Below are positions 38,367 through 47,431 of a stretch of DNA of 64,000 nt, in pieces. The stretch lies in IMG/VR virus record IMGVR_UViG_3300038558_000079, positions 1-64,000 of that record; one strand, written 5' to 3'. The stretch comes from a virus. The notes under the pieces were generated by a model, which saw only the letters and a program-made list of their open reading frames with translations, was not told the DNA's origin and did no database searches. A program made the position numbers and the translations under genes. Position 1 is the first letter of the stretch; every line of letters begins with the position of its first letter.

Positions 38367-41300
38367 GCACTTATCAGTTTCACAAGCAACTAGTACATTA
38401 GGTAAATCAACGGTGTCATACTTCAGGAGCGCATCTTCAAAATTCTTAATAGAACGCCGCCGTCTCACACCATCTACGAGAGTGTTGTAAACCTCTTCAG
38501 AGATAGGTTCAAATGGCATCCTAGGGAAAGTTTGTTTACTCTCAAACCGCGCTAGTAGCGCTGCTGAGATATATCCTTCGTCATCTTGAATTGCTTGATA
38601 GATGGCATTTCCCAAAGGCTCTATCTCAGCTTCTGTGAATTCCAGAGTGCTACTCGTATTGTGCCCCACATAATGTTTCTGGACTTGCATCATGAAGTCG
38701 AATTGTGCCAATGCTGAAAAATTCCCTACATCTATATCTGCAACACCCACTAAAGTAGACCATGGTGCAGCTACAGGAATCTCTACCAACCATTCAGTAC
38801 ATCTGGGGTCATAAGGATCATCCAGTAGGTTCCCAGATTCATCACGGCTAGATTGTGAGGGGATGACAGTATACCCGTAATCGATACAAGCCAGAGCGAC
38901 CGGATTGTCTCTGGCAAAGGTAATCCGACGTATGTACCAGGTTCCCTTTGGAGGATGCCACCCTGGTGAGCTATTTGATAGTAGCGATTGTGTTCCGCTA
39001 GGTTTTACGGTAGTACACCGATTAGGAGTTTTGAGATTATGACGTTTGCAGTAATCTGCCACGTCATTCTCTACAAACTTTTTCCATTTCTTGAGACACC
39101 GTACCTCTACATCATGAAAGGTGTCACTCAAATATACACCCGTCTCAGTTTCACCCCATTTACTAGCACGTCCTGCTTCCCACCAGCGAAGCCAATCAAC
39201 ACCGAAAAGTTTCACAAAGAAATCAAAAACCCCAGTCATTCCCACCCCTACAATGGGGTCAAGTTCTCTGGATTCTCTCAACTTCTCATCAACAAATTCG
39301 TGGTGTAGTAATGAACATGCCCATAAGCTTGCTGCTTTAAAAGCACTTTTTTGTTCCTCAATATCAAAGGGGTCTATCTGCGACAGGTGGACTTCTGACA
39401 AGTTGCACAAGTTGTCTTGTAGGATTATCTCACCACATGGATTCAGGCCATAGATATTCATCCGATAATCAATATCATCATCGCTAGAAGCAAAACTTCT
39501 CAGATACTCTTTAGCATCAGTAGGATTGGAGTTATAAAGTCTCAAGAATTCTACCTTCTTTTCACTAGTATCCAGTAAATCTACATTGCTACGTGCGATC
39601 GCCTCTGGAGCATACTGTATTGCACCTTCGCCTGAATAATATTGGCTTCTCACAGCTTCAATACACTCAGCTTGTGTAGGTTTCTTATGAAATACCCTAG
39701 TGTGATTTGCCATTCTCAGGGCATCTTTATCGGGGTCAATTGTCCAATTGCCATCTGAATCTACTTTCCAAAGATTTTCCTTAATCTTGTAGGAATCGGG
39801 GTCATTATCTGAAAATTGGCGCATTCCGGCACTATTAGATACCAACAATCCTTCACACACAAATTCGTGTATGCTGGCAACTTCAATATCGAAAGTATGC
39901 GCTGTTCTTACTTCGTGTTCTATGGATTTAACCTTAACAGGCACTAAATCGGTTGTAGTTGGAACTAGTCTTTTTAATGTTGTGACAATGACCTGTTCTT
40001 GATGACCACCATACCTGTAGCGATAACTACTTACCGTGGGTTTTACCATCTCAACCGGGAACCCGTGGTCTTTAAAAGACTTAGGGGTTTCTTTTTTATG
40101 GCTTAAATAATGTAAGGAATGCGTTGTTAAGAATGCAGAAGTTGCTTCAAAGGCATTTTGCCCAACAGTTACCAATTCCCCTTCCCATTTGTTAGTGCGT
40201 TTCCTTAATGAGGAACACAAACGTGTAGTAATTGCTAGGGATGAATAAAGAGCTTGTACCTGTCTGAGAAAATCTTTATGTGTTGATGTTACTAAAACAC
40301 CTTGCGAGTGACACCCATCGGCATCGGCTAACCCAGCTAAATATGCTTCGCGAATTTCCTTAACTCCCATCAAAATACAATCGGGTATTGACATTGAAGT
40401 AAAAGGACGCTTGAAGTTGCTAAAATACTCGTTAAAGGATTTACTGTTGAACTGTAGCTCAAACGCTTTACTTTTGCGTTGTTCGGGTGTTGCAAGAGAG
40501 TAGTCATTAATCCCAAATTCACATGCCACGCTGATTAGTTGCTCAAGAATTTGTGGGTGTTGTTCAGGAATACTAAATCTGACATTTGTACCATCCGAGC
40601 CAACACATCCATTCCCATGTAAGTAGCCTAAGAAATACGCTACTTTGTTAGTTAACGCTGGTATGGTGACGGTTTTTTTGTTTCTGGTTGATTGATTTTT
40701 GAATTCTGGTAATTCAGTGGGGATACCCGGTATAGACTGAGGGACAAAAACCAAACGATCTCCTGGTTTTAAATCTTTAGCTTTTACCATTTTATACCCA
40801 CCATAAAAATCACTTAATACTGCGATTTTATGTTCTGAAGTACATTCCAAAAACCCGTCTTCTGTTTTAATTCGAGACAACGTTTGCACACCTTGATCGA
40901 AAAAGTTAGTAACTGGGTAAAAACCCTTACTCGTTAATACGCGGTCTCCAATTCGGATTTTTTGGATTGGTACTAATCCTAATTGTGTATGAACCAATGA
41001 CTCACCAGGTAAACAGCGACGCACGTTACCCGATACTATTACTAATGATGGCTCATCAATTAACAGACAACACTCAGCACTGTTCAGCTTACGTCCTACA
41101 GCACCATTGAGAATTTTTACAATACGCGGGTATAGCTGAGGTAGTAATGTCGGATTAGCAATTCCACCGAACCCCTTTAACTTTTCACCTTGTTGTCGTA
41201 TCCCGCTAATGTCTATCTCTACCTCTATATCACCATCACCAGCTAGCAGGTTATCAGTTGCTAATTGGAGAAGGCTTAGATAGCTATCACACCAACCTTC

Positions 41301-41807
41301 ACGAGAATCACCAACTAGAAATAGGTACTTCCTGTCACCTACTACTTTTACAAAAGTCCTTTCAGTTCTAGCTTTAGAACTGCCAAACTCCCCTGTGACT
41401 TTCACATTAATAGTGTTGAGAACCGGCGGTAACTTCTCTATATATCGAGGTTCAATAACAGCGCCAGTACCACACCCTTGCATGGTAAGATTCATCATTA
41501 ACTCGAAAGCTTTTAGGGTATCTAGGTTAGATGATGAGCAATTATAAGCGCCATAGAAGTTTTTTGGAACCTTTACCCAGTCAGTTCCTCCTACCCAGAG
41601 CCAACGACCCGATGGTAAACTCTTAAGAGCTAGTGCGTTACTGTAAAGGAGGTGCTTTTCGTCATCAGTTAACTTGCCTAATTCGGCAATTCCGTGAGTG
41701 ATTCTCTCACAGGTATCTTGCCAATTTTCGCGGGTGTTATCTGGTTTAAGTCTTGAATAGGTACGCGAGAAGACCGGAGCCGCGCATGGTGCATTATTGG
41801 GAAACAT
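38358..41807 (-). CDS. nrdJ: Class II (B12-dependent) ribonucleotide reductase with intein
   Basis: PSGRWLW.GG, YNC, GNVRR|SAG, NPCGEI, TTVKPSGT, C-terminal CETDKC. Confidence 0.95.
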   Translation of the reverse strand: MFPNNAPCAAPVFSRTYSRLKPDNTRENWQDTCERITHGIAELGKLTDDEKHLLYSNALALKSLPSGRWLWVGGTDWVKVPKNFYGAYNCSSSNLDTLKAFELMMNLTMQGCGTGAVIEPRYIEKLPPVLNTINVKVTGEFGSSKARTERTFVKVVGDRKYLFLVGDSREGWCDSYLSLLQLATDNLLAGDGDIEVEIDISGIRQQGEKLKGFGGIANPTLLPQLYPRIVKILNGAVGRKLNSAECCLLIDEPSLVIVSGNVRRCLPGESLVHTQLGLVPIQKIRIGDRVLTSKGFYPVTNFFDQGVQTLSRIKTEDGFLECTSEHKIAVLSDFYGGYKMVKAKDLKPGDRLVFVPQSIPGIPTELPEFKNQSTRNKKTVTIPALTNKVAYFLGYLHGNGCVGSDGTNVRFSIPEQHPQILEQLISVACEFGINDYSLATPEQRKSKAFELQFNSKSFNEYFSNFKRPFTSMSIPDCILMGVKEIREAYLAGLADADGCHSQGVLVTSTHKDFLRQVQALYSSLAITTRLCSSLRKRTNKWEGELVTVGQNAFEATSAFLTTHSLHYLSHKKETPKSFKDHGFPVEMVKPTVSSYRYRYGGHQEQVIVTTLKRLVPTTTDLVPVKVKSIEHEVRTAHTFDIEVASIHEFVCEGLLVSNSAGMRQFSDNDPDSYKIKENLWKVDSDGNWTIDPDKDALRMANHTRVFHKKPTQAECIEAVRSQYYSGEGAIQYAPEAIARSNVDLLDTSEKKVEFLRLYNSNPTDAKEYLRSFASSDDDIDYRMNIYGLNPCGEIILQDNLCNLSEVHLSQIDPFDIEEQKSAFKAASLWACSLLHHEFVDEKLRESRELDPIVGVGMTGVFDFFVKLFGVDWLRWWEAGRASKWGETETGVYLSDTFHDVEVRCLKKWKKFVENDVADYCKRHNLKTPNRCTTVKPSGTQSLLSNSSPGWHPPKGTWYIRRITFARDNPVALACIDYGYTVIPSQSSRDESGNLLDDPYDPRCTEWLVEIPVAAPWSTLVGVADIDVGNFSALAQFDFMMQVQKHYVGHNTSSTLEFTEAEIEPLGNAIYQAIQDDEGYISAALLARFESKQTFPRMPFEPISEEVYNTLVDGVRRRRSIKNFEDALLKYDTVDLPNVLVACETDKCLI
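39834..41015 (-). mobile_element. Intein with LAGLIDADG homing endonuclease (394 aa)
   Basis: NVRR|CLPGESLV...FLGYLHGNG...YLAGLADADG...TFDIEV...HEFVCEGLLVSN|SAG. Confidence 0.93.
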
Positions 41808-42363
41808 GATCGAAGTTCTCTAAGATAATAGGTGACCATCTGACAGTTAGGAGTGTGGGAATTTCTCCTTTAATCCACTTCTCATCAAAATTCTTGAAAA
41901 ACACATTAACTTTATATGTGCGATAACCAGTAGCTCCTTTCTTATTAGGGTTACTTTCTGCTAAATGGGGAAGTAATCTGAAGGGAGAAAGTGGCATTCT
42001 GGGATTCAAAAGCCAATGTGGAGTCACGCCGTTTTTGGTCAACAACGTCGCTAGAAACACCCAGAACATTCTTCCCATAGAAGGTAGGGTGATATGTGTA
42101 CCGCGTTGATATTGGGTGTAAAATGCAATGTCATCGGGACTGACATTACTTAATACATCTGAAGATTTTAGGGGTCTATCAAATAGTCCTTTAAAATCTA
42201 GATATGTACGCTTCAAAGGTGCTGATAACACTTGATACACATAACACTTTCCAGGGGATTCTATGAAAGTCCCAATTGGTAATACATCATCTTCCTGAGC
42301 CTCTCCTGGGGATAAATGGCACGGATTTATTGGACATGGTGCGATTGGACATGTTGCAATCAT
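41794..42363 (-). CDS. Hypothetical protein
   Basis: 189-aa ORF overlapping nrdJ start. Confidence 0.6.
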   Translation of the reverse strand: MIATCPIAPCPINPCHLSPGEAQEDDVLPIGTFIESPGKCYVYQVLSAPLKRTYLDFKGLFDRPLKSSDVLSNVSPDDIAFYTQYQRGTHITLPSMGRMFWVFLATLLTKNGVTPHWLLNPRMPLSPFRLLPHLAESNPNKKGATGYRTYKVNVFFKNFDEKWIKGEIPTLLTVRWSPIILENFDHVSQ

Positions 42364-42427
42364 TTGTTTCTGAATAATCCTGTGTTATTATTATATAATA
42401 GAATGGACTAGAATTGGTAAAAGAAAA

Positions 42428-42862
42428 ATGACAAAACAACAAAGATTGACAGGTATTTGCACGTATGCAGATGGGATCCCTTTCAATGGTGTTCTGAGAG
42501 TACACCGGAATGACGGAAATGCTCTTGAGATTGTTATGCGGGACATTCAAATCGTCAACGGTGTCATCCCCGACTACGTGAAATTAAATCCGGGTATCTA
42601 TGAGATACAATGGCTAGCAACTAACCCTAGTGGATTTTTACCTACCGAGAATTGGGTAGTGCCAGAAGCTGATGAATTACCTCTCAAAGATATGAGAGGT
42701 ACACACTTACTGGAGAATGTTATCACCCGGAAAGACGCTATAATTACAGCGTTGCAGGTTGAAGTTGAGAGGTTAAGAAATGTACTGAAGTCTAAACCCG
42801 TGACTCCCCCTACGCCAGAAGACGTAATTCAGACACAAATAAAAGCTATTACAGGAGAGTAA
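42428..42862 (+). CDS. Hypothetical protein (possible virion)
   Basis: 144 aa, beta N-terminus plus coiled coil. Confidence 0.6.
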   Translation: MTKQQRLTGICTYADGIPFNGVLRVHRNDGNALEIVMRDIQIVNGVIPDYVKLNPGIYEIQWLATNPSGFLPTENWVVPEADELPLKDMRGTHLLENVITRKDAIITALQVEVERLRNVLKSKPVTPPTPEDVIQTQIKAITGE

Positions 42863-43696
42863 TTGATGGTAACTACAAAGACGATTACAGTTGAACAAGG
42901 TGCTGATTTTAGCACTAAGCTTAACTGGCTTCTTAGGAAAATTCCTATAAGCGGTATTACAAGTGGTAGCCCTACTGTGATAAGTACGGGTATACCTCAT
43001 AGACTATCTAATGGCGACAAGATCATACTTAGGGAAACGACTACATACCCTGGTATTAACAATAACTATCAGGTCACCGTAATATCTCCAAATACTTTCT
43101 CTATTACTCAAAGTACGTCTGAAGTTAGTATTACCGAAAGCCGTGATTCTTTAGAGAAGGAAACTAATTGGCCTGAGCCTTATTACGGTTTTATAGGAAT
43201 ACCCAACAATCTTACCGGATACTCATGGAGTGCTAAGGTAAGTAATAATTACAGCAATAGTGGGGGAATTGAAGGTGTAGTAGGAAGCGTAGCACTAGGT
43301 AGTAATCAAGTCCTACTTAATACTACTAGCAATAATCTTGATATTGAAGTAGGTGATTTAATTACTGTGGTTGGCTCTGGGATAACCAACCAGCCTGTGA
43401 AGTCTATTGCTAAAACACCTTATCGTCTTAATGCTGTCTTAGAGTTTTTTGTTACAGCTACTAGCACAGTTGCAAATACAAAAGTATCTAGGACTTCAGG
43501 AACCATAGCACAATTCCTAATAGAAACGACAGATGACTATGGGGAGATTGTAATAAGTTTACCGGCAAGCACTACATCACAAATCCCCATAGAAGGCGAT
43601 CGTAAATACTTCTGGGATTTATTCGGAACTACAACAGAAGGTAGTAAGATAAAGCTAATCAAAGGAACCCTGGAGATAAATCCTAGTGTCTTATGA
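42863..43696 (+). CDS. Tail fiber/baseplate-associated protein (BppU-like with inserted beta domains)
   Basis: I.VEQGADFS..., I.ISLPAS.T....YFWDL...LIKG.LEI.P. Confidence 0.6.
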   Translation: MMVTTKTITVEQGADFSTKLNWLLRKIPISGITSGSPTVISTGIPHRLSNGDKIILRETTTYPGINNNYQVTVISPNTFSITQSTSEVSITESRDSLEKETNWPEPYYGFIGIPNNLTGYSWSAKVSNNYSNSGGIEGVVGSVALGSNQVLLNTTSNNLDIEVGDLITVVGSGITNQPVKSIAKTPYRLNAVLEFFVTATSTVANTKVSRTSGTIAQFLIETTDDYGEIVISLPASTTSQIPIEGDRKYFWDLFGTTTEGSKIKLIKGTLEINPSVL

Positions 43697-43886
43697 ATCT
43701 GAACAACCGCTAACCCCACCTCTTTTCGTGTTTGAACAAACACCTACACCTTTAGTGGTTTCAACATTAGATGATACTATCTTTCAAGTATCCTCGGAGA
43801 TTTCCAGAGATGAAATTATAGTTTCGCAGCATCATGTCAGAGTCGAGACTAATGTATTTATCCCTTATGTCGCTATATTTCTTTAA
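43686..43886 (+). CDS. Hypothetical protein
   Basis: 66-aa ORF in operon. Confidence 0.45.
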   Translation: MSYESEQPLTPPLFVFEQTPTPLVVSTLDDTIFQVSSEISRDEIIVSQHHVRVETNVFIPYVAIFL

Positions 43887-43897
43887 AGGTTAAAATC

Positions 43898-44401
43898 ATG
43901 GCTGAAACTATAAGCTTACAAATCCGCCCCGGTGTTAATGGCTTTTTCCGCAAAGTTACTGGGAGTGACGAAACAAATGGTACGGTTGGTGCTATTCCAG
44001 TTCAATCAATACAAGAACTAAATGACACGAACGCTACATTGAGTGCCATTAACGGTAAATTACCAACTCAAATCGCGGGTGGACTACCTGTTTCTTTGGT
44101 GCATAGTTCAAATGGAACCCTGAGTAGTGCTAATGGCACTGTTGCTGTGAGCAATACACTTACTGAGGTATTTACAGCTAGTACACGTACAGAATGGTTT
44201 TTGATGAACCTTAGTGAAGATTACACCTTAGAACTATGGTATGGAACAACAGGTAATGAAATATTAGTAAACGTATTAGATCCCGGTGAAAAATATTATC
44301 GTTCGCGAGTTTTAACAGGATTTCATAATATGGATACAGGTCGTATTTGTGTCAAAGCCTCAAGTACACCTGTATCCTATATTGCGTGGGGAGTTAATTA
44401 G
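43898..44401 (+). CDS. Putative virion accessory protein
   Basis: Beta-rich C-terminal domain. Confidence 0.55.
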   Translation: MAETISLQIRPGVNGFFRKVTGSDETNGTVGAIPVQSIQELNDTNATLSAINGKLPTQIAGGLPVSLVHSSNGTLSSANGTVAVSNTLTEVFTASTRTEWFLMNLSEDYTLELWYGTTGNEILVNVLDPGEKYYRSRVLTGFHNMDTGRICVKASSTPVSYIAWGVN

Positions 44402-44832
44402 GCTAATTTAGCAACTACTCTAATACCGTAAAAATCATAGCCGGTACTGGCGGCATTTTTTGAACTCGTACTTACTGTGAGGGTGTGGAGTTTGTTATTT
44501 GTCACGGTGTAATTAAAAGTTTGACTTGCGGTAACGATTGTAGTAGCCGAATATGTGTCGAGTGTTGCCACTATGTCCGCGTTTATTCGTATAGTAGCAA
44601 TTCCAGCATTCGCAGCCGTACATATAAAAAATGTAAAGGTATAAATGCCGGGTGTGAGATAAAAGGTACAAAAAGCTTCTGTGGTTATAGACGAAGGTAA
44701 TAGTCGAGCATAACGATTAAAATTAGCATTGCCATTTCTAGTTACTGAAAAACTACCTGTTGACTTTGCGGTGAAATCCTCATAGTAGCGTTCAAAAACA
44801 TTACAAACTGGATAGGTTCTTAAAACTCCCAT
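44398..44832 (-). CDS. Carbohydrate-binding-like beta-sandwich protein
   Basis: GIATIRIN...TLDTYS...HTLTV....KNAASTGY. Confidence 0.6.
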   Translation of the reverse strand: MGVLRTYPVCNVFERYYEDFTAKSTGSFSVTRNGNANFNRYARLLPSSITTEAFCTFYLTPGIYTFTFFICTAANAGIATIRINADIVATLDTYSATTIVTASQTFNYTVTNNKLHTLTVSTSSKNAASTGYDFYGIRVVAKLA

Positions 44833-44841
44833 TACGTCTCC

Positions 44842-46560
44842 TTAAATTAAATACCAGAGTACATACCCAGCAACATCTGCTGTAAGCGATAAATTCATCA
44901 CAAAAGCTGTGTTAGTAGCTAGAACTAGTGGGTGAGTATAGTCCGCTGCATGTTCATTTATAGCCATTGCACCTGTTATAGCTGTAGTGTCACTTTTGAG
45001 GGTAACAGCACCGTTTGAAAGTGTGAAATATAGCCCTGTAATTGCAATTTTCTGACTTGCAACAGCACCGAGAACCGTAACATCACCGACACCTGCTGTG
45101 ATACTGATAGCAGTAACAATAGGGATTCTATCTATCTTTTCTGCTATATACCGTAATTGCTGTGTGGTTGTTCCATTGGGGTTAGCAGCAGCACCTACAG
45201 TGCCAATCTTATCTTGAATAACTTGAAGTTGAGCTATAGAGTCTACATCAACTACTTTTAAGTTTTCATTGGCATCTAATAGTAAAGGCTTAAGCACTCC
45301 TGATTTACTACCAAGTACTACATTGCCTGTAGGGGTACTATTCGTAGTCTCGAAAGCGTACTGGACATTAGTTAGATTAGGCGTAGCGACCTGTAAGTAG
45401 TTGTTCGTGTCTAACTGCAAAGCCTTAGCTACACCTGATTTATTAGCTAGTGCTACAGTACCAGTAGGTGTTGCACTGGTTGTACCATCGGCATACTGGA
45501 CATTAGTTAGATTAGGTGTAGCGACCTGTAAGTAGTTATTAGTGTCTAACTGTAAAGCCTTAAGCACACCTGATTTATTAGCTAATACCACACTACCTGT
45601 AGGTGTGGCGCTGGTTGTGTTATCAACATACTGTGTGTTAGTAAGGTTAGGTGTAGTAACCTGTAAGTAATTATTAGCGTCTAACTGTAAAGCCTTAGTC
45701 ACGCCAGATTTATTAGCTAGTGCTACAGTGCCAGTAGGTGTTGCGCTAGTCGTACCATCGGCATACTGGATTCCACCACCGCCGCCTCCTCCACTGACTA
45801 CATTTACCGATATAGGAGATGAAGCTGTAATCGGAATTGCACTTTGCGCCGATATCTGCAATGCACCCGCATTATCTAACTTGAGTGCAGTTAGTGTCCC
45901 ATCGCTTTCTTTCGCTAATAGTACAGCACCCGATAGTGTTGCTGGGGAACTACCCTCTAGGTATTCTGTTGGTGCTGGATTATTCCCCGCCGCGATCGCA
46001 ATCTTTAAATAACCACTTGAATCAATCTCTACAGGAAAAATTTCCCCTGTACTTCGTCTTCCCAAGAATAGATTGCCTCGTGGTGTTGCAGGATTACTAC
46101 CACTATCATACTGAGTGCCTCCACCACTATTCTCACCAATAAATCGTAGTTGCTGTGAGATAGTGCCAGAAGTGGACGCGGTGTTACTTCCATCAAATAA
46201 TAACTTTATGAGTAGTCTGATTAATCCACTCATCCCCGACACGCTATTATGGTCTGTTGCGGGTGCATCGGTTGTGCCCCCAATGCGTGTCTCTAAGCTA
46301 GTCTGTGTCGCTGTCAGGGTAGATTCTGTAGCACCACCTGTTGGTTGATTGGCTACGAATATTTCCCCACTACCATTGATCTTTATCTTATTCCCTGGTG
46401 TAGTGGGGTCTTGAACTGTTACGGAATTCGCGCTGCTACCCGTATCAACAGGTAGTCTATTCTCTGATGTCCAGACCGCAGCCAAAGATGCCGCGATCTG
46501 CTTTGCTAATGCTTTAATTGCCACAAGGTTTTTCCATGTACTTTGTGGTAATTGTAGCAT
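44842..46560 (-). CDS. Tail fiber-like protein with internal repeats
   Basis: 572 aa with QY..G...TP.G repeats. Confidence 0.65.
   Translation of the reverse strand: MLQLPQSTWKNLVAIKALAKQIAASLAAVWTSENRLPVDTGSSANSVTVQDPTTPGNKIKINGSGEIFVANQPTGGATESTLTATQTSLETRIGGTTDAPATDHNSVSGMSGLIRLLIKLLFDGSNTASTSGTISQQLRFIGENSGGGTQYDSGSNPATPRGNLFLGRRSTGEIFPVEIDSSGYLKIAIAAGNNPAPTEYLEGSSPATLSGAVLLAKESDGTLTALKLDNAGALQISAQSAIPITASSPISVNVVSGGGGGGGIQYADGTTSATPTGTVALANKSGVTKALQLDANNYLQVTTPNLTNTQYVDNTTSATPTGSVVLANKSGVLKALQLDTNNYLQVATPNLTNVQYADGTTSATPTGTVALANKSGVAKALQLDTNNYLQVATPNLTNVQYAFETTNSTPTGNVVLGSKSGVLKPLLLDANENLKVVDVDSIAQLQVIQDKIGTVGAAANPNGTTTQQLRYIAEKIDRIPIVTAISITAGVGDVTVLGAVASQKIAITGLYFTLSNGAVTLKSDTTAITGAMAINEHAADYTHPLVLATNTAFVMNLSLTADVAGYVLWYLI
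45230..45770 (-). repeat. Tandem 135-bp (45-aa) coding repeats, about 4 units
   Basis: QYADGTTSATPTGTVALANKSGVxKALQLDxNNYLQVxTPNLTNx recurring at 135-bp spacing. Confidence 0.9.
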
Positions 46561-46561
46561 G

Positions 46562-47101
46562 TTACGCTGACCGCTGTAAGAGCAAACGGTGTTCCTCTTT
46601 CTCGACTAAACAGCGTAACGCGCCCTGGTCTAATTCCCATACCTTTAACTCTACGGGGTAGCCAGTTCGTTTGCCGGGACGGGCAACACTATACTTACAC
46701 AGTCCTCGTTGGTGCAGGTAGTTTTGAAGTGTTTCAGCTTCCTTCTGAGTTGAGAATCCGAGATTCACCGTCCATGGTGTGGAGTGTTCTGTGGGGAGTA
46801 GCGCAGTAATTCTCGAATTTGGAGTTAGAGCCTTGTCAACCCATTTGAATGACTTAGGAGCATAACGCTTGTGGATTAAGTGTGTCCAAATAATGTTAAG
46901 TAATTCTTGTTTCCGAAAAGCCGATACAGCTTTTCCTAGAGTGGCTTTGCAGAATAACCACCCTTTCGCCTCTTTATTTAGCTTGTCAATCACCGCTCGT
47001 AATTCGCGGATTGTATAGGTTGACAATTCCTGTAAGTCAATCCGTGCCAAGTTTACTTTTTTTACTTTGTCTGCTGCCTTGTAGAATAGTGAAGTAGTCA
47101 T
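46562..47101 (-). CDS. Hypothetical basic protein under cassette promoter
   Basis: 179 aa; TTGACA-17-TATTAT at 47162-47134. Confidence 0.7.
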   Translation of the reverse strand: MTTSLFYKAADKVKKVNLARIDLQELSTYTIRELRAVIDKLNKEAKGWLFCKATLGKAVSAFRKQELLNIIWTHLIHKRYAPKSFKWVDKALTPNSRITALLPTEHSTPWTVNLGFSTQKEAETLQNYLHQRGLCKYSVARPGKRTGYPVELKVWELDQGALRCLVEKEEHRLLLQRSA

Positions 47102-47240
47102 GGTCTTATGTCTCTTTTTGCTTTACTGTGTCCATAATAATTCAAATCTTCTAAGGTGTCAAGTGGTGTCTGAAAGAATTTTTAGGTGATTTCAAAACTT
47201 GGTTCTCAGAATCGCTACATACCTTACTGGTATTAACTCT

Positions 47241-47297
47241 CAGCTTCCGACATGTTGTTTTCAATTACTATATAGGATAGAACATGTCGGAAGCCAG
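47241..47297. repeat. Dispersed palindrome copy 10, in an inverted cassette (~47100-47430)
   Basis: Spacer is the exact reverse complement of the spacers of copies 3 and 5. Confidence 0.97.
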
Positions 47298-47431
47298 AAG
47301 GTGTACAGAGAGAGGGATTTAGGGATTTTTATCAGATTTAATGCAAAGTTATTCATTGGACTACTATATGCGATGATGTACGTTACACTATATCAGTACC
47401 AGATTTAAACTTTACTAATACCTACTGAGAC

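Noticed and set aside
936-47297. Palindrome family as a CRISPR or TIGR-like array
   Set aside because: Copies are dispersed, not tandem, and the spacers are related to each other rather than unique
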